Shown here piece after piece: positions 11,446 to 23,349 of a stretch of DNA of 64,000 nt (position 1 is its first letter; every line of letters begins with the position of its first letter). The DNA is from Macrostomum lignano. Taxonomy: Eukaryota. Location of the stretch: contig NIVC01000006.1 of NCBI GenBank assembly GCA_002269645.1, positions 310,001-374,000 of the forward strand, in the 5' to 3' direction. Made by a program: the position numbers and the translations under genes. The notes beneath the pieces are model-generated. The model searched no databases, was not told the DNA's origin, and saw only the letters and a program-made list of their open reading frames with translations.

Positions 11446-11940
11446 GTCGCCAACAGCAAACCTGCCGATTTAACCGCTTTGGTTCGTTCTACCGTTACCA
11501 AGGCAACCGGGATCTCTCCCCTACGCTTAGCTCAGATATCCGTTGCTAAGGACGTCAACGCCAGCCTTAGCCAGGTTTGGCTGACCCTGCTGGGGCCGCC
11601 TACAAACGCTAGCAGTTCCGCCGGCGCCGCCAAGCCTTTGACGCTCGATGCCAGCTTGAAGAAACTGCTGCTTGCCGCCTCTGCCGGTGGATTGGATTTC
11701 AAGGTCGGCGACTGGCCCGTTGCCAGCCTGGAGCTGGGCAGCAACGCTACCGACACTGCTGGTCGCGGTGGCGGAGGAGGCGGCGGCGGCAGCACGGTGT
11801 ACATTCACGACGGTCACTCTGGCGGAGCCATGGCTGCCCTGGCCTTCTTCATGCTGCTGCTTGGCGGCGGTGGCGGCGTCCTTGGCGCCTGGTGCGTCTG
11901 GAAGCGGCGGCCAAACATGCCGTACTATGTGCAGGATTGA
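11446..11940 (+). CDS. Exon 4 (terminal) of the type I membrane glycoprotein: stalk, TM helix and short Tyr-containing tail
   Basis: Acceptor ctttcctctcactgcAG| at 11445. TM segment AMAALAFFMLLLGGGGGVLGAWCVW followed by KRRPNMPYYVQD*. Confidence 0.8.
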   Translation, partial: VANSKPADLTALVRSTVTKATGISPLRLAQISVAKDVNASLSQVWLTLLGPPTNASSSAGAAKPLTLDASLKKLLLAASAGGLDFKVGDWPVASLELGSNATDTAGRGGGGGGGGSTVYIHDGHSGGAMAALAFFMLLLGGGGGVLGAWCVWKRRPNMPYYVQD

Positions 11941-12040
11941 TGTACTATGTGCAGGATTGATGTACTATGTGCAGGATTGATGTACTATGTGCAGGATTGA
12001 TGTACTATGTGCAGGATTGATGTACTATGTGCAGGATTGA
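11921..12040 (+). repeat. Six copies of a 20-bp unit, (C/T)GTACTATGTGCAGGATTGA, that includes the stop codon
   Basis: The first unit is the last 20 nt of the CDS; five exact copies follow. Confidence 0.95.
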
Positions 12041-12157
12041 TGTCAGCGGGGCAGGAATTGACTGACTCGGTGATGTAGAGAATAATCTGGTGGGGAAGTT
12101 GCGTTTTAGTCTCTCAGTGAGTTTTGGGATTCCAGTGGGTTAATTTTTTATAAAGAT

Positions 12158-14020
12158 AGGATTTCAGAGAGTGTATGGTTTTAGGTAATGGGATTTCAGT
12201 GAGTGTATGGTTTTAGGTAATGGGATTTCAGAGAGTGTATGGTTTTAGGTAATGGGATTTCAGTGAGTGTATGGTTTTAGGTAATGGGATTTCAGAGAGT
12301 GTATGGTTTTAGGTAATGGGATTTCAGTGAGTTATGGTTTTAGGTAATGGGATTTCAGAGAGTGTATGGTTTTAGGTAATGGGATTTCAGTGAGTGTATG
12401 GTTTTAGGTAATGGGATTTCAGTGAGTGTATGGTTTTAGGTAATGGGATTTCAGAGAGTGTATGGTTTTAGGTAATGGGATTCAGTGAGTGTATGGTTTT
12501 AGGTAATGGGATTCAGTGAGTTATGGTTTTAGGTAATGGGATTTCAGTGAGTGTATGGTTTTAGGTAATGGGATTTCAGTGAGTGTATGGTTTTAGGTAA
12601 TGGGATTTCAGTGAGTGTATGGTTTTAGGTAATGGGATTTCAGTGAGTGTATGGTTTTAGGTAATGGGATTTCAGAGAGTGTATGGTTTTAGGTAATGGG
12701 ATTCAGTGAGTGTTATGGTTTTAGGTAATGGGATTTCAGAGAGTGTATGGTTTTAGGTAATGGGATTTCAGTGAGTGTATGGTTTTAGGTAATGGGATTT
12801 CAGTGAGTGTATGGTTTTAGGTAATGGGATTTCAGAGAGTGTATGGTTTTAGGTAATGGGATTCAGTGAGTGTATGGTTTTAGGTAATGGGATTCAGTGA
12901 GTGTATGGTTTTAGGTAATGGGATTTCAGTGAGTGTATGGTTTTAGGTAATGGGATTTCAGTGAGTGTATGGTTTTAGGTAATGGGATTTCAGTGAGTGT
13001 ATGGTTTTAGGTAATGGGATTTCAGTGAGTGTATGGTTTTAGGTAATGGGATTTCAGTGAGTGTATGGTTTTAGGTAATGGGATTTCAGTGAGTGTATGG
13101 TTTTAGGTAATGGGATTTCAGTGAGTGTATGGTTTTAGGTAATGGGATTTCAGTGAGTGTATGGTTTTAGGTAATGGGATTTCAGTGAGTGTATGGTTTT
13201 AGGTAATGGGATTTCAGTGAGTGTATGGTTTTAGGTAATGGGATTTCAGTGAGTGTATGGTTTTAGGTAATGGGATTTCAGTGAGTGTATGGTTTTAGGT
13301 AATGGGATTCAGTGAGTTTATGGTTTTAGGTAATGGGATTTCAGTGAGTGTATGGTTTTAGGTAATGGGATTTCAGTGAGTGTATGGTTTTAGGTAATGG
13401 GATTTCAGTGAGTGTATGGTTTTAGGTAATGGGATTTCAGTGAGTGTATGGTTTTAGGTAATGGGATTTCAGTGAGTGTATGGTTTTAGGTAATGGGATT
13501 TCAGTGAGTGTATGGTTTTAGGTAATGGGATTTCAGTGAGTGTATGGTTTTAGGTAATGGGATTTCAGTGAGTGTATGGTTTTAGGTAATGGGATTTCAG
13601 TGAGTGTATGGTTTTAGGTAATGGGATTTCAGTGAGTGTATGGTTTTAGGTAATGGGATTTCAGTGAGTGTATGGTTTTAGGTAATGGGATTTCAGTGAG
13701 TGTATGGTTTTAGGTAATGGGATTTCAGTGAGTGTATGGTTTTAGGTAATGGGATTTCAGTGAGTGTATGGTTTTAGGTAATGGGATTTCAGTGAGTGTA
13801 TGGTTTTAGGTAATGGGATTTCAGTGAGTGTATGGTTTTAGGTAATGGGATTTCAGTGAGTTATGGTTTTAGGTAATGGGATTTCAGTGAGTGTATGGTT
13901 TTAGGTAATGGGATTTCAGTGAGTGTATGGTTTTAGGTAATGGGATTTCAGTGAGTGTATGGTTTTAGGTAATGGGATTTCAGTGAGTTTTTGGTTTTAG
14001 GTAATGGAATTTCAGTGAGT
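12158..14020 (+). repeat. 32-bp minisatellite (GGGATTTCAGTGAGTGTATGGTTTTAGGTAAT)n, ~58 units
   Basis: Highly homogeneous tandem array. Confidence 0.97.
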
Positions 14021-14844
14021 TTAGTTCCGGTCTTATTTTTGAGATTCTTGAAATGAGGATCTGTCAACGAGAACTGTTTTAATCAAAATAATTAACAACT
14101 GTCGCACGCTAACGCCAACCCTTCGTATTATTCTTATTTATAATGCTTTTCATGTTTCACAGAAACTATATTTCTCATTTTCTGGTGAGCAGATTTTTTG
14201 AATTCCATGAAAAATATTATTGTACATCCAGCCAGCGCTTCTATTGCTGTATTGCATTGTAAATTATTCTGTCTAAACTGACAATAATCCCGACGCGTTT
14301 TAATCAAAAATCCCAAAATCCCATTTTTGTGTCTATTATTCGTTAAAGTACTCGTATTTTCTATTACTGACTATCCTTTACTACTTACTTCGATGCGATG
14401 CGAGTAGTATAGCCATTCAGTTTGGTGGCGTATTAATTCCTTTATTTTCACAGCTGATCGCTTAACCAGACTACTGACATTTCTTTTTTCTGCAGTAGTA
14501 TCAAAGGCGTTGGCGTCCATCTCGTCAGTCTATATTATTTTTCTTTTTTGTATTTAGTCTACCAAATCTATCAATATTTTGTGTTTATCCAGAGTAGGAA
14601 GGAGTGTTGGCTTTTTGTTTTAATGTTGTTTTTTTCCCCAAGTCATTTATTTATTTACTGTAAACTCGCACCCGCTTTAACAAAATAAAATAGGTCGTGT
14701 GTCTGCTGCACCAAAACGAATCCAGCAGTTCTACTTTAATCGGCTATTTACCAGCTCATGATTAGTTGAATCGTTGCTGTTTTCAATTTCAATTTTGTTT
14801 TTCCTTTATGTCCGTCTTGCATGGTTCACAATTTTGCTCACTGC

Positions 14845-15750
14845 CGCTCTCTCCGTAGCCTTTTCCGCTCTCTCCCTGTTTATTTTCGCTCTCTCCCTGT
14901 TTCTTTCCGCTCTCTCCCCGTTCCTTTCCGCTCTCTCCCTGTTTCTTTCCGCTCTCTCCCTGTCCCTTTCCGCTCTCTCCCTGTTTCTTTCCGCTCTCTT
15001 CCTAGACTTCCGGTCTCTCCATGTCCCTTTCCGCTCTCTCTCTGTTTCTTTCCGCTCTCTCCCTGTTTCTTTCCGCTCTCTCCCCGTTCCTTTCCGCTCT
15101 CTCCCTGTTTCTTTCCGCTCTCTCCCTGTTTCTTTCCGCTCTCTCCCTGTCCCTTTCCGCTCTCTCCCTGTCCCTTTCCGCTCTCTCCCTGTCCCTTTCC
15201 GCTCTCTCCCTGTTTCTTTCCGCTCTCTCCCTGTTTCTTTCCGCTCTCTCCCTGTCCCTTTCCGCTCTCTCCCTGTTTCTTTCCGCTCTCTCCCTGTTTC
15301 TTTCCGCTCTCTTCCTAGACTTCCGGTCTCTCCATGTCCCTTTCCGCTCTCTCTCTCTGTTTCTTTCCGCTCTCTTCCTAGACTTCCGGTCTCTCCATGT
15401 CCCTTTCCGCTCTCTCTCTCTGTTTCTTTCCGCTCTCTTCCTAGACTTCCGGTCTCTCCATGTCCCTTTCCGCTCTCTCCCTGTCCCTTTCCGCTCTCTC
15501 CCTGTCCCTTTCCACTCTCTCCGTCCCTTTCCGCTCTCTCCCTGTCCCTTTCCGCTCTCTCCCTGTCCCTTTCCGCTCTCTCCCTGTCCCTTTCCGCTCT
15601 CTCCCTGTCCCTTTCCGCTCTCTCCCTGTCCCTTTCCGCTCTCTCCCTGTCCCTTTCCGCTCTCTCCCTGTCCCTTTCCACTCTCTCCGTCCCTTTCCGC
15701 TCTCTCCATGTCCCTTTCCGCTCTCTCCCTGTCCCTTTCCGCTCTCTCCC
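14845..15750 (+). repeat. 21-bp pyrimidine-rich minisatellite (CCCTTTCCGCTCTCTCCCTGT)n
   Basis: Tandem array with a recurring variant block CTTCCTAGACTTCCGG. Overlapping ORFs in several frames are repeat translations. Confidence 0.95.
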
Positions 15751-16206
15751 TAGCCTTTTCGGCTCTCGTCTTGCCCTTTTCTACCTCTACAGTCAGAGGG
15801 AAATTTTGCACTTTTATTCTGTCTGCAGTCTTTTCTTGGCCGTCGGCTAATGAAATTGAGTTCACGGTAGGCAATGCAGATATTTCGATATTAGATTCGG
15901 CATCGGCTACGGTTTAGCAGTTTCACGGTTTCATAGAATTGCAGCTGGCCTTGCTAGTTAATAAAGCTGATTAACTGTCTCTTTGTGGTCTGATTCTTCT
16001 GAAAGGTTAGAATAGCTGATAATACAATTAATTATTCTCCGTGTAGCTAATCCTGGATTCAGCCTGACTAGAATTTGTGTCTCCCCTAATTGCATCAAGG
16101 AATTCCCCCAATTCATTAAGAAGACTTCGAGATTCTTCAGAGATCGAACAAAAGAACGCCTTTGGCTAGTCAGGGTATGGCTCTCTCCAGGCTCAATGGG
16201 CTGAAA

Positions 16207-16872
16207 CCGACAAGCAGACAGACACTAAGACAGACAAGCAGACAGACACTAAGACAGACAAGCAGACAGACACTAAGACAGACAAGCAGAGACACTAAGA
16301 CAGACAAGCAGACAGACACTAAGACAGACAAGCAGAGACACTAAGACAGACAAGCAGACAGACACTAAGACAGACAAACAGACAGACAGACAAGCAGACA
16401 GACACTAAGACAGACAAGCAGACAGACACTAAGACAGAAAAGCAGAGACACTAAGACAGACAAGCAGACAGACAAGCAGACAGACACTAAGACAGACAAG
16501 CAGACAGACACTAAGACAGACAAGCAGAGACACTAAGACAGACAAGCAGACAGACACTAAGACAGACAAACAGACAAGCAGACAGACACCAAGACAGACA
16601 AACAGGCAAGCAAACAGACAAGCAAACAGACAGACAGACAGCCAGACAGCCAGACAGATGGGCAAATAGGCAGACAAACAGACAGACAGGCAGGCAGACA
16701 GACAGACAGCCAGACAGCCAGACAGATGGGCAAATAGGCAGACAAACAGACAGACAGGCAGGCAGACAGACAGAGAGACAGACAGACAGACAGACGGGCA
16801 AATAGGCAGACAGACAGACGGGTAAATAGGCAGACAGACAGAGAGACAGGCAGACAGACAGACAGACACAGA
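16207..16872 (+). repeat. GACA-derived complex microsatellite (GACAGACAAGCAGACAGACACTAA variants)
   Basis: GACA tetramer with CACTAA and AAGC interruptions. Confidence 0.9.
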
Positions 16873-17732
16873 CATCGGCATACAGTCATTCACTAATGCA
16901 GGCAAAAACAAACGAACCGACATGCAGACGCGAATACAGACTTAAATGCTATACATGGTACAGACAGACAGGCAGGCAACATCCGATGCAAAATATGATT
17001 CGAGCGCAAGAGACTGATTAACTACTCGAAGCAACAGAAGACTCGGAGGCTAAAGCAGCGCTCCTCTATGCGCAAAGCCGATCAATCAGGGAAACGCATG
17101 ATATGGAAAATTTCGATTGACAGAATTGCTAATAAAATGAAACTATGTATCTGTGAGTTTCTATAGCTTCTGACTATTAAACTTCTGCATGCTGTATGGT
17201 ACGAATCGCTTCAATGAACAGCAATGCAGTATATAACAGAGTCGAGAGAATCGGTTCACTCGGATTTAATTTAAGTCCTCACGGTTAGTTTGAACTCGGG
17301 CTCTGAAATAAAAGTCCGAGTCGTACTTTCTACAGATTATGCCTGGGTAAATAAACATTCATTTCCTATTTTTTAGCTATCTAAAAGATTCAGAAGAAGT
17401 TCTAGAAGAGAGAGGAACGAGGGGAGATTAGAGAGAGAGGAGAGGAGAGAAAGTGAGAGAAGAGACAAGCCTTGCGTGGGCCGGATTGATATATTGTGAA
17501 GTTTCAAAGGACCCAAAGTCTCAGTGAGGCATCAGTGTTCCTTCTGGAAGTTATGAGCATATTCGCTGCAGTCCGGGTCTTTCACAAGAAGATCCATGTA
17601 CAAAACGATTGCTATACTATAGAGACTTTTTCACTTCATTGTCAGTTGATAGCAAATTGGGAGAAGCTCCGTGTTGATGGAGCACCATGATGCTGTCAAC
17701 AGCTGTCGCTGTTGGTGCTTCATGATGGACTG

Positions 17733-17868
17733 CAAGACGCTTAACTCTGCATTGCTTCAGTTCACCCAGCTGTAAAATGGGTGCCAGCATTAGCTGGGCG
17801 GTAATTGAGGGAGTGTGTGGCGACCCCCCCCCCACCCCAGTTCTTGGACTGAACAGCCGTACGCAGCA
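17733..17868 (+). mobile_element. 5'-truncated copy of the same CORE-like SINE
   Basis: CTCTGCATTGCTTCAGTT..CCCAGCTGTAAAATGGGTGCCAGCATTAGCTGGG..GTGTGTGGCGACCC..TTGGACTGAACAGCCGT matches the reverse complement of 10289-10410. Confidence 0.85.
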
Positions 17869-18112
17869 TTCAGATGCGCCGTGCAATAGCTGCGGCTGAG
17901 CTGTCGGTTGCACATCTGCCCAATAGGGCAGGTGTAATGAATTATTATTATTATTATTATTTCCATGATATATTATCAGTTCGGCGTTGGTCTACTTGTG
18001 AATGGCGGACACCACCAGCTCGGTGGTGTGAGAAAGTGTTGCAGATGTGTTGCAGATGTTGCAGCCATTTTAATTACCAGGATCAACAGGTAGTATCAGG
18101 AAAATTTTATCG

Positions 18113-18805
18113 CCTTCCTTCGTAACTATTCTGCATAGCAACCAATTCTGCCTTCGTAACTATGCTGCATAGCAACCAATTCTGCCTTCGTAACAATGCT
18201 GCACAGCAACCAATGATTTAAATCTTAGTAACAATGCTGCATAGCAACCAATTCTGCCTTCGTAACAATGCTGCATAGCAACCAATTCTGCCTTCGTAAA
18301 AATGCTGCATAGCAACCAATGATTTAATTCTTAGTAACTATGCTGCATAGCAACCAATTCTGCCTTCGTAAAAATGCTGCATAGCAACCAATGATTTAAA
18401 TCTTAGTAACTATGCTGCATAGCAACCAATTCTGCCTTCGTAAAAATGCTGCATAGCAACCAATGATTTAATTCTTAGTAACTATGCTGCATAGCAACCA
18501 ATTCTGCCTTCGTAAAAATGCTGCATAGCAACCAATGATTTAATTCTTAGTAACTATGCTGCATAGCAACCAATTCTGCCTTCGTAAAAATGCTGCATAG
18601 CAACCAATGATTTAATTCTTAGTAACTATGCTGCATAGCAACCAATTCTGCCTTCGTAACAATGCGGCATAGCAACCAATGATTTAATTCTTAGTAACTA
18701 TGCTGCATAGCAACCAATTCTGCCTTCGTAAAAATGCTGCATAGCAACCAATGATTTAATTCTTAGTAACTATGTTGGATAGCAACCAATGCTGCCTTAG
18801 TAACT
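18113..18805 (+). repeat. Minisatellite of alternating ~34/37-bp units (ATGCTGCATAGCAACCAAT core), ~71-bp higher-order repeat
   Basis: Units alternate between TCTGCCTTCGTAA and GATTTAATTCTTAGTAA linkers. Confidence 0.92.
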
Positions 18806-19223
18806 ATTTTACTACGAAAATACAAATGTAATAAAATGAAAATTGCAAGAGAGTAGCAATATGACTTTCTGTGACGAAAGATATGCTTGCAAGCAAATTA
18901 AACAGCAAACTCGTATTTCAAGTTCAGCGCTCTATTTCAGAACTGCACAACTTCAACATATCCGGTATGAAGAAGCTCAAGTATTTTTACACGCTTAGAT
19001 TGTTTGCTTATGTCATGATGTGAGATTATAGAAAACTATTCAGAAGTACATGGCTCACTTGTAGTTGGGCTGCATTGGTTTGTAGGGCGCAAAACAAAAG
19101 TTTACGGATTACTGTGATAGCTGACAGTATTACAGGTTTCAACATTTGTACGTGTGAGGTGTGGATGCGGTGTCCGTAGATAGAAGCCATCAGCTGTTCT
19201 GGGACTAATTCTTGTCAGCTGCT

Positions 19224-19380
19224 AGACTAGAGTGTCACCTGTGTTAGACTAGAGTGTCACCTGTGTTAGACTAGAGTGTCACCTGTGTTAGACTAGAGTG
19301 TCACCTGTGTTAGACTAGAGTGTCACCTGTGTTAGACTAGAGTGTCACCTGTGTTAGACTAGAGTGTCACCTGTGTTAGA
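19224..19380 (+). repeat. 22-bp minisatellite (GACTAGAGTGTCACCTGTGTTA) x~7
   Basis: Exact tandem copies. Confidence 0.95.
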
Positions 19381-19676
19381 CACGAGTTTCTCGGCCCTGG
19401 TTAGATGTACATCGTGACTGATTTAAATTGAGGGCTAGTTCATTTGTTGGCTGTTCTCAAACGCCTAAAAACATTTCAACTTTCCTACTGTCAACTCACA
19501 GCTGAGTGCAGCTTTAGAATATGCAAATTTCATGTGCAATCATTATACATGCTTGTAAAAGACATTATCTCTGATATCTATGCATTGCATAGGGGCTAAA
19601 TGAGATTGAGAATATCTCACAAGAATTCTGTACTTTTATCAGCTCAGCCATGCGGACGCACTCTTAACGATTATCT

Positions 19677-20018
19677 TCACGGCTTCAGGAACTGCGGGTC
19701 CACCGCTGTCAGCTTGCTGGATAGGAACGAATGCAGCACAATCAACAGTAGCTGAAGATCGGGCACCTCGACCTCCTTGACGATGGCAACGCCGCTGACG
19801 CAGCCATCTGCTGTCGAAGAAGTGGTGGCAGCGTCGGTCAGTAACGACGTGGAGCTTCCGGGATCCTGGAAGTGCAGAAACAGCTTCCTGTCTCGATCGT
19901 CGTAGCTTCGCTTCAGACAGGCGAACCTGTATGTCCACAGGCACTGCTGGCCGACCGCAAAACTGATGCCTTTGTCCAGGTCGAACACCAGCTGGCCTTC
20001 TTGGCCATTGTGGCTCAC
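19677..20018 (-). CDS. SNTG1: Gamma-type syntrophin, terminal exon (syntrophin-unique domain)
   Basis: VSHNGQEGQLVFDLDKGISF..LWTYRFACLKRSYDD..KEVEVPDLQLLLIVLHSFLSSKLTAVDPQFL matches the gamma-syntrophin C-terminus. Acceptor at 20019, stop at 19677-19679. Confidence 0.85.
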   Translation of the reverse strand: MSHNGQEGQLVFDLDKGISFAVGQQCLWTYRFACLKRSYDDRDRKLFLHFQDPGSSTSLLTDAATTSSTADGCVSGVAIVKEVEVPDLQLLLIVLHSFLSSKLTAVDPQFLKP

Positions 20019-20084
20019 CTGACATCGGGGAAATGGGCGATGAACTGTGATAATATAAACAGTAATTGCACGAGGCTTGAGGCT

Positions 20085-20855
20085 AAATGTCAAGGCTACG
20101 GACAAGAAGTCAAGGCTACGGACAAGAATGTTTAGGACACGGACAAGAAGTCAAGGCTACGGACAAGAATGTTTAGGACACGGACAAGAAGTCAAGGCTA
20201 CGGACAAGAAGGCAATGGACAAGAATCTAAGCTGGCCATGGACATAAATTAAAGGCTACAGACGTAAAGTTTAGGCTACGGACAAGAATTTAAGGCTACA
20301 AACAAGAATTTAAGGCTACGGACAAGAATTTAAGGCTACAAACAAGAATTTATAAGGCAACAAACAAGAATTAAAGGCTACGGACAAGAATTTAAGGCTA
20401 TGAACAAGAATTTCAGGCTATGAACAAGAATTTAAGGCTATGAACAAGAATTTAAGGCTATGAACAAGAAGTTACGGCTACAGACAAGAGTTTAAGGCTA
20501 TTAACAAGAATTCAAGGCTATGAACAAGAATTTAAGGCTGTGAACAAGAAGTTAAGGCTACAGACAAGAATTTAAGGCTACAGACAAGAATTTAAGGCTA
20601 CAGACAAGAATTTAAGGCTACGGACAAGAATTTAAGGCTACGGACTATAATTTAAGGCTACGGACTATAATTTAAGGCTACGGACTATAATTTAAGGCTA
20701 CGGACTATAATTTAAGGCTACAGACAAGAATTTAAGGCTACAGACAAGAATTTAAGGCTACAGACAAGAATTTAAGGCTACGGACAAGAATTTAAGGCTA
20801 CAGACAAGAATTTAAGGCTACGGACAAGAATTTAAGGCGACGGACAAGAATTGAA
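20085..20855 (+). repeat. 20-bp intronic minisatellite (AAGGCTACGGACAAGAATTT)n
   Basis: Tandem array in syntrophin intron 2. Confidence 0.95.
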
Positions 20856-20919
20856 AGCGGCATGTCATGTTAGGAAACAAAAAAAAGCTCAGAAAAACAA
20901 AACGCAATTCAAACGCCAC

Positions 20920-22452
20920 CTTAAACAGCACGGGCGACCCGACCGCGGACTTCTTCGCCAGCGAATTGGACGTGGCCCGAAACCAGCACCGCTCGAGGCG
21001 GCTGACGTCTCCCACCGTCTCGGCGCTCATGTAGAACGTGTGCGCGCTGCCGCAGTGCAGGAAGAACGCATTCAATCGCTTGTCCAGCAGCTCCTCGTCG
21101 TCAAGGACTCTGATGACGCATTTGTAGACCTTCTCCTTGACCGAGGCGCTCTTCCAGTCGTCCAAGAAGATTGGCGGCACCTCAAACAGCATCAAGTCGT
21201 CGCCTCGCAGCGCCAGGAACACGTCCTGCCACAGCCGGCTGAGCTGCGGTGAGTCGTGCAGAGTCAGGCCCAGCCAGCCCATGTAGAGCAGCGGCTCCGT
21301 CTTCGGAGGAAAATCCGTCCCGATTCGCTCGTTGAATCTGGACACCTCCAACTCCATGAGCTGGCGGATGTTGCTGTGCACCACTGAGAACCATTTGTTG
21401 AACTCCTCGAAGCTGGAGAACAGCAGACAGCCGGTAGAGTGACCGTTCAAGCCGACGACTTCGAAGCTGCACCGCCGCAGCTGGTCGGAGTTCGGCTGAT
21501 AGCGCGTCACCCGGCCGTACTTCAGCGGCACCGTCATCACGTCGATCCAGGAGCGCTCCTGACAGGGCCGCTGCGGCTGCTGGCAGTGGTTCTGCTGCTG
21601 CCAGGCTTCAGTCAGCGAACAGTCTCCAACTTGCTGGCTTCGGCGATGGTTCCTGCCGCTGCCTCGGCTGCTGTTGGCATTGCGGTTGGCGAAGACTGTG
21701 CACCGATCGGTGTCGTTGGTCGGCGCCAGCAGTGAGGCCTTTGACGAAGTTGACGAGGAGCGGCTGTGCCGAGCGGCGGGCGGCGGCGGCAGCGGAGGCG
21801 GCGGTGGCGGCAGCTGAGGCGGTGGCTCCGTTGGCGTCTGGTGCTGCTGCTGCCAGAAGCCGGAGCCTGTGGACGAGTTGCTACGCACAGTCGAGAACGA
21901 CTCCGATGCGATCGGCGCCCGAGCTTCAGCGATCGTCGCGCCGCCAGCTGACGGAGTCCGCAGCACCCACGGGTTGGCCGGCGGAGGCGGCGCCAGGCCC
22001 GCCTCGAAGCCATCAAGATCGTCGTCAACGATTTCTCCGTTGCTCCGGTTGTTGTTGAAGGCGCCGCCAATGGAGAAGCCGCCGAGGTTGAGTCGGGCAG
22101 CCGCCGAGCTCGCGGCCGGCTCGTCCACTACCGGATCAAGGAGGAGATCCTCGCTGGACGAGCACCTTAACTGCGGCTGCGAAGGCTGCGGCGGCGGCGG
22201 CGGCGGCGGCGGCGAAGGCTGCGGCGGCGGCATCGGTGGCGGCGGCGGCGGCGGCGGCGGAAGCGACGGCGGACTTTCTGGCGCGGAGGTCACGGCTGCG
22301 TTCGACGAAGTTCTCCGCGACGAGTCCCGACGATTGGCCGACGTGGCGCCGCTGCCGGCAGCGCGACCAGCGCTGGCCGTGGAGTTCGAGGAGCCGGCCT
22401 GCTCGTGCAGCAGCTTGGCGGCCTCGCGGAAATGCTTCACCACCAGAGTGAC
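20920..22452 (-). CDS. SNTG1: Gamma-type syntrophin, middle exon (end of PDZ, long Pro/Ser/Gln linker, PH1b, PH2)
   Basis: Acceptor CAG|GTCACT gives VTLVVKHF. It encodes WIDVMTVPLKYGRVTRY..FEVVGLNG and LLYMGWL..WQDVFLALRGDDLMLFEVPP..LERCWFRAT. Donor AAG|GTGGCG at 20919, phase 0. Confidence 0.85.
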
Positions 22453-22507
22453 CTGCCGGGGCGGCGGTGGCGGGTGCCGCTGCAGCCTTCCCGACATCCT
22501 TAATGAA

Positions 22508-23098
22508 AATCTGACATCATCACTACGGACAATCTGACATCACTACGGACAATCTGACATCACTACGGACAATCTGACATCACTACGGACAATCTGACAT
22601 CACTACGGACAATCTGACATCACTACGGACAATCTGACATCACTACGGACAATCTGACATCACTACGGACAATCTGACATCACTACGGACAATCTGACAT
22701 CACTACGGACAATCTGACATCACTACGGACAATCTGACATCACTACGGACAATCTGACATCACTACGGACAATCTGACATCACTACGGACAATCTGACAT
22801 CACTACGGACAATCTGACATCACTACGGACAATCTGACATCACTACGGACAATCTGACATCACTACGGACAATCTGACATCTTTGCTAACAACCTGACAC
22901 CCTCAATGACAATCTGACATCTTCAATGACCATCTGACATCCCCACGGACAATCTGACATCCTCGCTGACAATCTGACATCCTCGATGACAATCTGACAT
23001 CCTCGCTGACAATCTGACATCCTCGATGACAATCTGACATCCTCGCTGACAATCTGACATCCTCGATGACAATCTGACATCCTCGCTGACAATCTGAC
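22508..23098 (+). repeat. 20-bp intronic minisatellite (CTGACATCACTACGGACAAT)n grading into (CTGACATCCTCGCTGACAAT)n
   Basis: Tandem array next to the acceptor of the syntrophin middle exon. Confidence 0.95.
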
Positions 23099-23349
23099 TG
23101 TTGTGTTTGAATTGAGCTTCAATGATTTGTTAATAGAAAGTTGCGATTTGCTATATATTTATACTAGCGTACTGCACGTTAACAAGTTAGCACGGTGGAA
23201 TCGCGTACGATAGAAATAACTCCAATGCTGTACGATGAGAGATGAGTCGGTGGATGACGCAATCAGACTGAGAGTGAGTGACAATTAGATGGGTGACGCA
23301 TAGCGTACTTTAAATTAACCCCCTAAGCACTGGTGTGCGCCCGCAATAA

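Noticed and set aside
12158-14020. Regular ~32-bp repeats resembling CRISPR periodicity (also 47225-47728 and 4772-6066)
   Set aside because: The units are contiguous with no unique spacers, there are no cas genes, and the context is eukaryotic.
14774-15917. Long ORFs (165-358 aa) in several frames on both strands
   Set aside because: They are translations of a stop-free 21-bp minisatellite, with no splice or codon evidence.
17500-17730. Ankyrin-like LHQHGASPNL on the minus strand next to a SINE
   Set aside because: A single weak motif with stops and no supporting exon structure.
23310-23340. TTAACCC piggyBac-like terminus
   Set aside because: No matching opposite terminus was found.
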